From NCBI GenBank assembly GCA_021847325.1, contig JAJZTY010000001.1, forward strand, positions 1 through 62,755: 62,755 bases of DNA, in the 5' to 3' direction. Of the stretch, positions 43,248-52,121 are shown in pieces. Position 1 is the stretch's first letter; each line of letters opens with the position of its first letter. The DNA is from Bacillota bacterium. Its GTDB lineage: Bacteria; Bacillota_I; Bacilli_A; Erysipelotrichales; Erysipelotrichaceae. The translations under genes and the position numbers were made by a program. The notes under the pieces were generated by a model. It was not told where the DNA came from. It worked only from the letters and a program-made list of their open reading frames with translations, and ran no database searches.

Positions 43248-43285
43248 AGAGATTTTATCGAAATTGATAAAATCTCTTTTATTTT
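43248..43285 (+). terminator. Second hairpin/terminator (12-bp perfect inverted repeat)
   Basis: agagattttatc-gaaatt-gataaaatctct followed by tttatttt. Confidence 0.6.
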
Positions 43286-43299
43286 GATTAGTATAGGAC

Positions 43300-43341
43300 T
43301 ATAATGGTGGTAGAAAGTGTCATAATGTGGGTAAAAGTGGT
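43300..43341 (+). promoter_or_regulatory. mraZ promoter -10 element plus a phased MraZ-box array
   Basis: TATAAT at 43300-43305. Four GTGKN boxes with exact 10-nt phasing: GTGGT at 43307, GTGTC at 43317, GTGGG at 43327 and GTGGT at 43337. Three of the four are preceded by AAA or AAT; the box at 43307 is preceded by ATG. Confidence 0.65.
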
Positions 43342-43347
43342 GGAATT

Positions 43348-43779
43348 ATGTTGATGGGTGAATATCGTCACAACACAGACAGTAAGGGAAGAATTATAAT
43401 TCCAGCTCGTTTTCGTGAGGAGTTGGGGGATAGTATTATTCTTGCGCGTGGTTTGGACGGATGTATCACCGGTTATACACATCAACAATGGGAAAACATC
43501 TTAAATGAATTAAGAAGTTTACCAAACACAAAACGTGAATCCCGTATGTATGTACACATGTTGGTTGCGAAGGCGGCTGAATGTGAGTTTGATGCTCAAG
43601 GTAGAGTGTTAATTCCAAATAGTTTGATTCAAGAAGCAGCTATTGAAAAAGAATGTGTGGTAGTTGGTGTAGTGGATCATTTTGAAATATGGTCAAGTAC
43701 TCGTTGGGATGCATATTATGCAAATGCTAGTGCTTCATTTGAAGAGATTGCGGAACAGTTAACGGAGTATGTGAAATAA
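43348..43779 (+). CDS. mraZ: Transcriptional regulator MraZ
   Basis: MLMGEYRHNTDSKGRIIIPARFR N-terminus and the second SpoVT/AbrB-like repeat (DAQGRVLIP). Confidence 0.92.
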   Translation: MLMGEYRHNTDSKGRIIIPARFREELGDSIILARGLDGCITGYTHQQWENILNELRSLPNTKRESRMYVHMLVAKAAECEFDAQGRVLIPNSLIQEAAIEKECVVVGVVDHFEIWSSTRWDAYYANASASFEEIAEQLTEYVK

Positions 43780-43780
43780 T

Positions 43781-44701
43781 ATGGAACATTTACCGATAAT
43801 GTTGAATGAAGTGTTGGATGCTTTATCTATTAAATCAGATGGAATTTATGTTGATGGTACATTTGGTCGAGGTGGACACAGTAGAGCAATCTTAAACCAA
43901 CTTACAACAGGTCATCTAGTTGTATTTGATCAAGATGAAAGAGCGATTGAAACAGCTCAAAAGTTAAGTTTAGAGTATCCAAATAAAATGACAATTATTC
44001 AATCGAACTTCGAACATTTAAATGAAAAGTTGGATGAATACAATATTAAAGGAATCGATGGAATACTACTTGATTTAGGCGTATCATCTCCACAATTTGA
44101 TGATCCAAGTCGAGGATTTAGTTATCGATTTGATACACGTTTAGATATGCGAATGAATTTAAATCAAAGTTTAGATGCGTATCAAGTAGTAAATCAATAT
44201 CCATTTGAAAAGTTAATGTATATTTTCCAAGTTTATGGAGAAGAGAAATTTGCTAAACAGATTGCACGTAAAATAGAGAAACAACGTGAGATTAAACCTA
44301 TTGAAACAAGTTTTGAATTAGTGGATATCATACGAAGTGCTTACCCAAGTAAAGTTTTAAAACAAAAAGGGCATCCTGCTAAACAAGTATTCCAGGCCAT
44401 TCGTATAGAAGTAAATCAGGAGTTGGAAGTTCTTAAATCGGTTTTAGATCAAGCTGTAAATCGATTAAATCCAGATGGAAGGTTAGTTATACTTACATTC
44501 CATTCATTAGAAGATCGTATCGTAAAACAATTCTTTAATAAACTGACAACAATTGATGTTCCATCTAAAATTCCTCTACAAGTTTTACCTACAACTGAGT
44601 TTGAACTTGTTAATAGAAAAGTGATTACATCAAAAGAAGAGGAGTTAGAATCCAATCCTAGAGCACATTCCGCCAAATTGAGGGCAATAAGAAAGAGATA
44701 A
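43781..44701 (+). CDS. rsmH: 16S rRNA (cytosine1402-N4)-methyltransferase
   Basis: HLPIMLNEV, DGTFGRGGHS and DLGVSSPQ motifs. Confidence 0.93.
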   Translation: MEHLPIMLNEVLDALSIKSDGIYVDGTFGRGGHSRAILNQLTTGHLVVFDQDERAIETAQKLSLEYPNKMTIIQSNFEHLNEKLDEYNIKGIDGILLDLGVSSPQFDDPSRGFSYRFDTRLDMRMNLNQSLDAYQVVNQYPFEKLMYIFQVYGEEKFAKQIARKIEKQREIKPIETSFELVDIIRSAYPSKVLKQKGHPAKQVFQAIRIEVNQELEVLKSVLDQAVNRLNPDGRLVILTFHSLEDRIVKQFFNKLTTIDVPSKIPLQVLPTTEFELVNRKVITSKEEELESNPRAHSAKLRAIRKR

Positions 44702-44703
44702 AC

Positions 44704-45009
44704 ATGGCTAAGAAAATAACGCGTATTAAACATAAACGACTCAAATTACAAGGTGTATTTGGCCTTGCGTTTACTCTTGCGTTGTTTGCGTATATAGCGT
44801 CATCTATTTTCTTAAGAGCTTATAATGTTCAGCTTACTGTTCAAATCCAAAGTGTACGTAATGAGATTGTTTTATTGGAACAATCAAATGAAGTATTAAG
44901 TGTAGAAATCCAATCTTTAAGTAGTAAAGAGAGAGTCATGGCAATTGCGCTTGATGCTGGATTAAGTGTAAATCAAGAAAATATTGTGATGATTAATAAA
45001 GGAGAATAA
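44704..45009 (+). CDS. ftsL: Cell division protein FtsL
   Basis: A 101-aa bitopic protein with one TM helix and a coiled coil, located between rsmH and the PBP gene. Confidence 0.8.
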   Translation: MAKKITRIKHKRLKLQGVFGLAFTLALFAYIASSIFLRAYNVQLTVQIQSVRNEIVLLEQSNEVLSVEIQSLSSKERVMAIALDAGLSVNQENIVMINKGE

Positions 45010-45010
45010 T

Positions 45011-47170
45011 ATGAAAAGAAGTCGTAATATGCTTCTTTTTACATTATTCGTTATTTCTTTAGTATTGTTTTTTGTCGCAATAAATGTTTTTTTTGTAAGT
45101 ATTATTGGCTATCATTTCAATAGTCAAACTGATTTAAAAGCATATAGTGCTAATGTAAATACAGTAAATCAAACGCTTCAAGCCAAAAGAGGGCTTATTT
45201 TAGATCGTAATGGTGAAATAATAGCTCAAGATAATGAAACTTATACAATTTATGCGATTGTAGATTCTTCTCGACCTTCTTATAAAAATAAACCTGCTTA
45301 TGTTGTTGATATTGATTCTACTGCTGAAACATTATCGGTTTATCTTGATGCTCCAAAAGATTATATAAAAGAACGATTATTAAGTGCTTCTTATCAAACT
45401 GAGTTTGGAATATATGGTAAGTCTTTATCTTTGGTTCAAAAAGAAGAAATAGAATCTTTAGATTTACCTGGTATTGGTTTTTTAAAGACTTTAAGTCGAT
45501 ATTATCCTCTAAATCATTTTGCGTCATATCTTATTGGATTTGTGAATCAAGAAAACAATAAAACTGTAGGGATGATGGGAGTCGAAGCTAGTTATAATAC
45601 GTATTTAGCAGGTAAGGATGGTAATAAAGTAGCGGTTGTGGATCGTTATGGTTATTCATTACCGGGTTATCCTGAAGAAGTTAATAATCCACAAGATGGT
45701 TATAATGTGGTTTTAACAATTGATCGAGCTTTACAAGAACAACTTGAATCATCTTTCTTAATGACGAAAGATTTATTTAAAGCTTATGAAGTCTGGGGTA
45801 CTGTTATGGAAGTTAAAACTGGGAAGATATTGGCTGTTGGTCAATATCCTAGTTTTGATCCTAATAAAAAAGATATTACAGAGTATCAGAGTTATCTTAC
45901 TCAAAAAATCTATGAACCTGGATCGACACTAAAAGCTTTTACCTATGCGGCTGCGATTGATTCAGGAAATTATAATGGTAATGATACATTTAATAGTAAT
46001 ACTTTTATTGTTGGATTGGACAAGAATGGAGATGCGATTCGTTTATCAAGTAGTTCGAATAGCATTGGTTCTATTCGTAATGCGAATAGTCGTTCTTGGG
46101 GGAATATAACATATGATATTGGATTTGCTTATTCATCAAATGTTGGGATTGCAAGTCTTTTAACGAAGTATCTTGATGATGAAATATTCATGGAATACTT
46201 AGTTCGATTTGGATTTAAAAATAAAGTTAATATTGAAAATATGAGTGAAACAATAGGTTCTATTAACTATACCTGGCCTTTAGATAAACTTACAGTTGGA
46301 TATGGTCAAGGTATTTCAATTAATATGGCACAATTATTACAGGCTTATACGGCTATTTTTAATGAAGGTAAAATGATTAAACCTTATTTAGTTGAAAAAG
46401 TTATAAATTCTAAAACAAACGAAGTGATAAAGAGTTATGAAACAGAAGAAATAGGACAAGCAATTAAACCAGAAACTGCAAAACAAGTTCAGGACTTAAT
46501 GAACTTAGTGGTTAATTATGAAACAGGAACAGGTCGCTTTTATAAGGTTGAAGAAGTAGAGATTCTAGCAAAAACAGGTACTGCACAATTAATTGTGAAT
46601 AATGAGTATTCAAAAGATCAATATATATATTCAGTCGTAATTGGGTTACCAGCAGATAATCCAGAGATTATGATATATTATGCGTTTAATGCGCCAGTTA
46701 ATAATAGTGCGCATGTAGAAACAACACCAATCAAGCAATTGATTCGTACAGTTGCGCTTGTTAATAATTATCGTAATGAGAAAATAACGGATGGAAATTT
46801 AGTAACAATAAATGAAATAAATGATTTTCAATTAAAGAATTATACCAATCACTCGATTGAATATGCATTAAAGGATTTAGAGAATAAATCTTATAAGATT
46901 AATGTTCTTGGAAATGGTCGAACTGTCATTAACCAATATCCAAAAGCTGATATCAGAGTTCTCAGTAATCAACCTATTTACTTGTTAACAAATATGAGTA
47001 ATATACAGATGATTGATATAATAGGAATGAATAAAAAAGATGTTTTGTCATTTTTTGAGCTCATTGGAGCAAAATATAATTTAGTTGGCGAAGGGGTTGT
47101 TGTATCTAGTAGTTTGAATGTTGGCGAAATTATTAATCTTAATGAGGTCATTGAAGTGCAATTTGAATAG
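45011..47170 (+). CDS. Penicillin-binding protein 2B-type transpeptidase with C-terminal PASTA repeats
   Basis: N-terminal TM helix, PBP dimerisation domain, STLK (SxxK), SSN and KTGT motifs, and a C-terminal PASTA-like region. Confidence 0.9.
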   Translation: MKRSRNMLLFTLFVISLVLFFVAINVFFVSIIGYHFNSQTDLKAYSANVNTVNQTLQAKRGLILDRNGEIIAQDNETYTIYAIVDSSRPSYKNKPAYVVDIDSTAETLSVYLDAPKDYIKERLLSASYQTEFGIYGKSLSLVQKEEIESLDLPGIGFLKTLSRYYPLNHFASYLIGFVNQENNKTVGMMGVEASYNTYLAGKDGNKVAVVDRYGYSLPGYPEEVNNPQDGYNVVLTIDRALQEQLESSFLMTKDLFKAYEVWGTVMEVKTGKILAVGQYPSFDPNKKDITEYQSYLTQKIYEPGSTLKAFTYAAAIDSGNYNGNDTFNSNTFIVGLDKNGDAIRLSSSSNSIGSIRNANSRSWGNITYDIGFAYSSNVGIASLLTKYLDDEIFMEYLVRFGFKNKVNIENMSETIGSINYTWPLDKLTVGYGQGISINMAQLLQAYTAIFNEGKMIKPYLVEKVINSKTNEVIKSYETEEIGQAIKPETAKQVQDLMNLVVNYETGTGRFYKVEEVEILAKTGTAQLIVNNEYSKDQYIYSVVIGLPADNPEIMIYYAFNAPVNNSAHVETTPIKQLIRTVALVNNYRNEKITDGNLVTINEINDFQLKNYTNHSIEYALKDLENKSYKINVLGNGRTVINQYPKADIRVLSNQPIYLLTNMSNIQMIDIIGMNKKDVLSFFELIGAKYNLVGEGVVVSSSLNVGEIINLNEVIEVQFE

Positions 47171-47204
47171 TATGTTATAATGTTTTTCGTTAAGAGGGAA
47201 CTTT

Positions 47205-48164
47205 ATGCAAGCGATATTTGTTAGTGGATTAAGTTTTGGTCTTAGTTTTATCTTATATCCACTTTTTATCAATTTTTTAAACAAAAAACAGCACCAACAA
47301 ATTGTGAGTGAATTTTCATTAGATAGTTTTAAAGCAAAGGCAAAAACACCGAGTTTAGGCGGTGTTTTATTTGTGCTAATTCCAGTGATTAGCTTAGTTG
47401 TTCTTATTCCAGATAGTCTCTATGACACACGAATAATGTTAGTTTTATTAGTCTACTTAGCTTATGGTTTAATTGGTTTTATTGATGATTATAAAATTAT
47501 TTTAGAGAGAAATAATAAAGGGTTAAGCGCTAGAGTAAAATTCATGATGCAACTGGTGCTTGCGATTATTTTCTATTTTGTTTTTAGACAAGGGTTATCC
47601 ACTTCTATTGATTTACCTTTTACAGATTATTCGATTGATCTTGGTTTAATATATGCCTTATTTGTTTTATTTATTTTTACAGGCTCAAGTAATGCGGTGA
47701 ATTTAACGGATGGAATGGATGGTTTAGCAGGAGGTACGAGTTTAATTGCGTTGATTCCTTTTGCGGTATTTAGTTATATTCAAAACGAAATATATGTGTT
47801 TGCTTTTATTTGTGCTTTAATGGCTTCTTTGATTGCGTATCTTTGGTTTAATAAGCATCCTGCAAAAATAATTATGGGTGATACAGGAGCTTTAGCCCTA
47901 GGTGCTGTTTTAGCCGCTATTGCATTGGTTTTAAAACAAGAATTTAGTTTTGTATTTATTATGGCTGTTTTTATTTATGAAACTTTATGCGTTATGATTC
48001 AAATTGGATCTGTTAAATTATTCAAGAAGCGTGTTTTCAAGTATACTCCAATTCATTATAGTTATACATTATCCGGTTGGAAAGAAACGAATGTTGTTTA
48101 TTTCTTTTGGTTTCTTGGGTTTGTTGCTATGTTAATTGGCTTATGGTTAGGAGTGAATTTATGA
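47205..48164 (+). CDS. mraY: Phospho-N-acetylmuramoyl-pentapeptide transferase
   Basis: Polytopic membrane protein with NAVNLTDGMDGLA and GDTGALALG motifs. Confidence 0.93.
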   Translation: MQAIFVSGLSFGLSFILYPLFINFLNKKQHQQIVSEFSLDSFKAKAKTPSLGGVLFVLIPVISLVVLIPDSLYDTRIMLVLLVYLAYGLIGFIDDYKIILERNNKGLSARVKFMMQLVLAIIFYFVFRQGLSTSIDLPFTDYSIDLGLIYALFVLFIFTGSSNAVNLTDGMDGLAGGTSLIALIPFAVFSYIQNEIYVFAFICALMASLIAYLWFNKHPAKIIMGDTGALALGAVLAAIALVLKQEFSFVFIMAVFIYETLCVMIQIGSVKLFKKRVFKYTPIHYSYTLSGWKETNVVYFFWFLGFVAMLIGLWLGVNL

Positions 48165-49465
48165 AAGCATTAATTATTGGGGCAGCTCGAAGTGGAATAG
48201 CAATTACTAAACTATTAGTAAAAGAGGGATTTAATTGTGTATTGTTAGATACAAAATCAATTGATCGAAATCAGTTTGATTCGTTAGAAAAGATTGAGAT
48301 TATTGAAGGAGAACATCCAAAGTATTTATGGGATGTTTCATTTGATTTGATTATTAAGAATCCTGGGATTCCTCATACCAATGAGTTTGTACAAGGATTC
48401 GTTAATAAAGGGTATTTTATCTATAACGAAATTGAGATTGCGCTAAGATATGCACCAAATTATCAAATTGGTGCTATTACAGGTACGAATGGAAAGACTA
48501 CGACAACTTCAATGTTAGAAGCATTGCTTAAACAAAATAACAGTAATAATACTGCATGTGGTAATATCGGTTTAGCTATGAGTGAAGTTGTTTATCAAAA
48601 AGGGAATGTAAATATTGATTGTGCTCTAGAAATTGCGGCTTTTCAATTATTAGGGTGTGAAACATTCAAACCTAAAATTAGTACTATACTAAATCTTGCG
48701 CCAGATCATTTAGATGTCTTTAAAGATGTGGAAGAATACTATAGTGCTAAATGCCAAATATTTATGAATCAAGATGAGAATGATATTTTCTTGAAGAATA
48801 TAGATGATGATAATATTGTTCAATTAACAAATAATGTAAAAGCTAAATGTTATACTTTTTCGTTAACTAAAAAAGCAGATACGTATATTAAAGATACAAA
48901 AGTATATTTCCAAGATATTGAATTATTTGATTACTCTCAGTTAAAGATACCAGGTATGCACAATGTGACAAATGCGATGGTTGCGTCTACTATGGCGTAT
49001 CTAATGGGAGTAAGTATTGATAAAATTAAAAGTACGATTGAATCATTTGCTGGTGTAGAACATCGCCTTGAGTATGTAAAAACAATTTCTGGTGTTGATT
49101 TCTATAATGATTCGAAGGCAACGACAGCTGAATCAACAGTCGTCGCATTAGATGCGTTTGAACAAAAGGTTATTTTATTAGCAGGTGGTTATGATAAGAA
49201 AACGGGTTTTGAAAGCTTAAGAAACAGTTTATCAAAAGTTAAGATCTTAATTGCGTTTGGAGCGACTAAGAATCAATTCAAGGAGTTATATCCAGAAAGT
49301 ATATTGGTTGAGAATATGTTTGAGGCTATTGATTTAGCAAGAAAACTATCTGAAAAGGGTGACAAAATAGTTCTTTCACCAGCTTGTGCTAGCTATGATC
49401 AATTTGATAATTATGAACAAAGAGGTCGATTATTTAAAGAGTATGTCAACTCATTGAAAGATTAA
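48161..49465 (+). CDS. murD: UDP-N-acetylmuramoylalanine--D-glutamate ligase
   Basis: GAARSG N-terminus, GTNGKTTT P-loop and DSKATT motif. The ATG at 48161 overlaps the mraY stop (ATGA). The longer ORF-track start is an out-of-frame overlap with mraY. Confidence 0.92.
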   Translation: MKALIIGAARSGIAITKLLVKEGFNCVLLDTKSIDRNQFDSLEKIEIIEGEHPKYLWDVSFDLIIKNPGIPHTNEFVQGFVNKGYFIYNEIEIALRYAPNYQIGAITGTNGKTTTTSMLEALLKQNNSNNTACGNIGLAMSEVVYQKGNVNIDCALEIAAFQLLGCETFKPKISTILNLAPDHLDVFKDVEEYYSAKCQIFMNQDENDIFLKNIDDDNIVQLTNNVKAKCYTFSLTKKADTYIKDTKVYFQDIELFDYSQLKIPGMHNVTNAMVASTMAYLMGVSIDKIKSTIESFAGVEHRLEYVKTISGVDFYNDSKATTAESTVVALDAFEQKVILLAGGYDKKTGFESLRNSLSKVKILIAFGATKNQFKELYPESILVENMFEAIDLARKLSEKGDKIVLSPACASYDQFDNYEQRGRLFKEYVNSLKD

Positions 49466-49517
49466 CTTTAATTCATTCATATAATGTTTTATAATAATAC
49501 AGCAGTAAGGTGAACAT

Positions 49518-49805
49518 ATGAACGACTTTTTTTTAATGACTGATGAAATAGAATTAACAATATCGTTAAAACTTGGTATGATTCAGAAGAATAGTTTACC
49601 AAATCTTAGTTATGAGCAATTAAAACAAGCATTAATGGCGATGAAGTGGAAAGCAGGGATGCCTGCGAAATTACATGATATTATAGATGATATTATGTCG
49701 ATTAGAGAAGATGAGATTGTAGCTTATTTAGCGAAGAAAGCCGTAATAGACGGTCGGAAAAAATCATTGGCAGATTTTGCTTATATGGTTGGAGGGAATG
49801 AATGA
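49518..49805 (+). CDS. Post-transcriptional regulator ComN/YrzD-like
   Basis: Small protein with a ..W....P..LHDI.D.IM pattern, located directly upstream of and overlapping secDF as in Bacillus. Confidence 0.65.
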   Translation: MNDFFLMTDEIELTISLKLGMIQKNSLPNLSYEQLKQALMAMKWKAGMPAKLHDIIDDIMSIREDEIVAYLAKKAVIDGRKKSLADFAYMVGGNE

Positions 49806-52081
49806 AAAAGAATAGTCGATTAATCATATTTGGATTAACAGTATTAGTATTATTGGCTACTGTTATTGGGTTTTATCCAAATATTCAGAATGGAATGACA
49901 CTGGGTCTTGATTTACAAGGTGGTTTTGAAATTGTATATGAAGTTAGTCCATTGAAAGATGGGGCTGAATTACCTGAAATGGGTGCGATTACTCAAAGTA
50001 TTAGTAAACGTATTGACGTATTAGGTGTTAATGAGCCTGAGATTTCAATTGAAGGTGATAATCGTATTCGTATCCAATTAGCAGGTGTTAAAGATCAAGC
50101 GGAAGCTCGTGAAATTATTTCTACTACAGCTAATTTAACGTTTAGAGATGTTAATGATAACCTTTTAGCGGATGCGGATATTTTAACTGAAGGTGGAGCG
50201 TCTTTAGCTTATGAGAATGGATTTGTTGTTGTTAGTTTAAAAATTAATGATACAGATAAATTCTATGAATTAACTAAAAAAGTTTCAGAGATGGTAAGTG
50301 GCAATAATATTATTGTGACTTGGCTAGATTTTGAAGAGGGTGTTGATTCATATAAAGCTGAAGTAGGTAAAGAAAGTCCAAAATATATTTCTGCAGCAAG
50401 TGTTAATCAAGGGATTAACGGTGATGCGATTATAAAAGGTTCATTTACAGATGAAGAAGCTCGTCAATTAGCAAACCTTATTAATTCAGGTTCATTACCT
50501 GTTAAAATGACAGAAATTTACTCAAACGTAGTAAGTGCTGAGTTTGGACTCAATGCATTCTCTGTTACTGTGTTTGCAGGTTTATTAGGTGTTTTAGGTG
50601 TAGCGATATTCATGATTTTTGTATATCGATTACCTGGTATTGTTTCAGCTTTAATGCTTGTTCTATATGTGTTTGTGACTATGTTAATCTATAACTCAAT
50701 GGGTGGCGTATTTACACTTCCAGGTATTGCGGCATTAGTGCTTGGGGTTGGTATGACTGTCGATGCGAATGTTATTACGTTTGAAAGAATAAAAGATGAG
50801 TTACTATTAGGTCGTACTTTAAAAACGGCTTATGAAGAAGGTCATCATTTAGCTTGGCGTACTATCTTCGATTCACAGTTTACAACTTTCATAGCGGCAT
50901 TCTTAATGTATATGTATGGTACAGGTGCTGTAAAGGGATTTGCGACCATGTTAATGGTTACAATTTTCTCTACATTAATGATTAACGTATTCTTTGTAAA
51001 ATTCTTACTTGGTTTATTAGTTAAGTCAGGTAAATTTGATGATAAAAAACCTTATTTCGGTGTTAAGAATGAACATGTTCCAGATGTAAATAAGGGTGAA
51101 GAAAAGAAATATTTTGGATTATTTAACAAAATCGATTTTGTTAAGATTTCTAGAAGTTTTGTCTTCGGTAGTATTGCAATCTTATTAGCAGGATTTATAT
51201 TCGGTGTTGTTAATTTTGCGCAAGGAAATGGTTTCTTAAACTTAGGTATTGACTTTACTTCTGGTTCTAAATTAACCATAAATTCTATGGTTCCAATTGA
51301 TGAACAAACATTAATTAATGATTTAAATGAACTAGGTTTATCACAGTTTAAAGTTCAATTATCTGGAGATAAAGTTGCGTATGTAACTACGGGTGAAATC
51401 TTAGATCGTACAGAGATTGATACAATTGGTCAGACAATTTTAACTAAATACGGTTTAGAAATGAATGATAGTGTTGTAACTCCAGTTGTTGGAAATGAGT
51501 TAGTTCGTAATGCATTGATTCTATCTCTATTAGCTTGGGTATTCATAATGTTGTTTATTACTATTCGATTTGAGTTTGACTATGCGTTTGCGACAATCCT
51601 TGCACTCATACATGATGTATTTATGGTGTTTGCGGTGTTTGCGATTCTTCGTTTAGAGTTTAATATCGAATTAATTGCGGTTATATTAGCAATTATTGGT
51701 TACTCTGTAGATGACTCGATCGTTATATTTGACCGTATCCGTGAGAATGTTAATGCATTTGGTTCAAATCATATTTCAAAAGATGCATATCGTAAGATTG
51801 TAAATGAATCTTTACAGGCAACTGTACAACGTTCTTTATATAACACGATTACGACTTTAATTCCTATTGCTTTCTTAATTGGTTTAGGTTCTCAAGCAAT
51901 CTTTAACTTTAACTTTGCAATGTTAGTTGGTTTAATTGCAGGGGCATATTCTTCAATCTTCATTGCGGCACAATTCTGGTATTGGGTGCGTATCAATCGT
52001 AAGCCTAGAGTTGTAAAAGTTAAGCCTAAGAAAAAGAGTAATGAACCGGAAGAAATGGTTATATTGGGTATTAATGATTAG
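49802..52081 (+). CDS. secDF: Protein translocase subunit SecDF (fused)
   Basis: A 759-aa protein with two 6-TM RND-like modules and a periplasmic-type P1 domain. LGLDLQGG near the N-terminus. Confidence 0.92.
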   Translation: MKKNSRLIIFGLTVLVLLATVIGFYPNIQNGMTLGLDLQGGFEIVYEVSPLKDGAELPEMGAITQSISKRIDVLGVNEPEISIEGDNRIRIQLAGVKDQAEAREIISTTANLTFRDVNDNLLADADILTEGGASLAYENGFVVVSLKINDTDKFYELTKKVSEMVSGNNIIVTWLDFEEGVDSYKAEVGKESPKYISAASVNQGINGDAIIKGSFTDEEARQLANLINSGSLPVKMTEIYSNVVSAEFGLNAFSVTVFAGLLGVLGVAIFMIFVYRLPGIVSALMLVLYVFVTMLIYNSMGGVFTLPGIAALVLGVGMTVDANVITFERIKDELLLGRTLKTAYEEGHHLAWRTIFDSQFTTFIAAFLMYMYGTGAVKGFATMLMVTIFSTLMINVFFVKFLLGLLVKSGKFDDKKPYFGVKNEHVPDVNKGEEKKYFGLFNKIDFVKISRSFVFGSIAILLAGFIFGVVNFAQGNGFLNLGIDFTSGSKLTINSMVPIDEQTLINDLNELGLSQFKVQLSGDKVAYVTTGEILDRTEIDTIGQTILTKYGLEMNDSVVTPVVGNELVRNALILSLLAWVFIMLFITIRFEFDYAFATILALIHDVFMVFAVFAILRLEFNIELIAVILAIIGYSVDDSIVIFDRIRENVNAFGSNHISKDAYRKIVNESLQATVQRSLYNTITTLIPIAFLIGLGSQAIFNFNFAMLVGLIAGAYSSIFIAAQFWYWVRINRKPRVVKVKPKKKSNEPEEMVILGIND

Positions 52082-52105
52082 AGTGGATATTTCCACTCTT
52101 TTTTT
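52080..52105 (+). terminator. Intrinsic terminator after secDF
   Basis: Hairpin agagtgga-tatt-tccactct followed by ttttttt. Confidence 0.85.
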
Positions 52106-52121
52106 ATGCTAAACTTATTTT

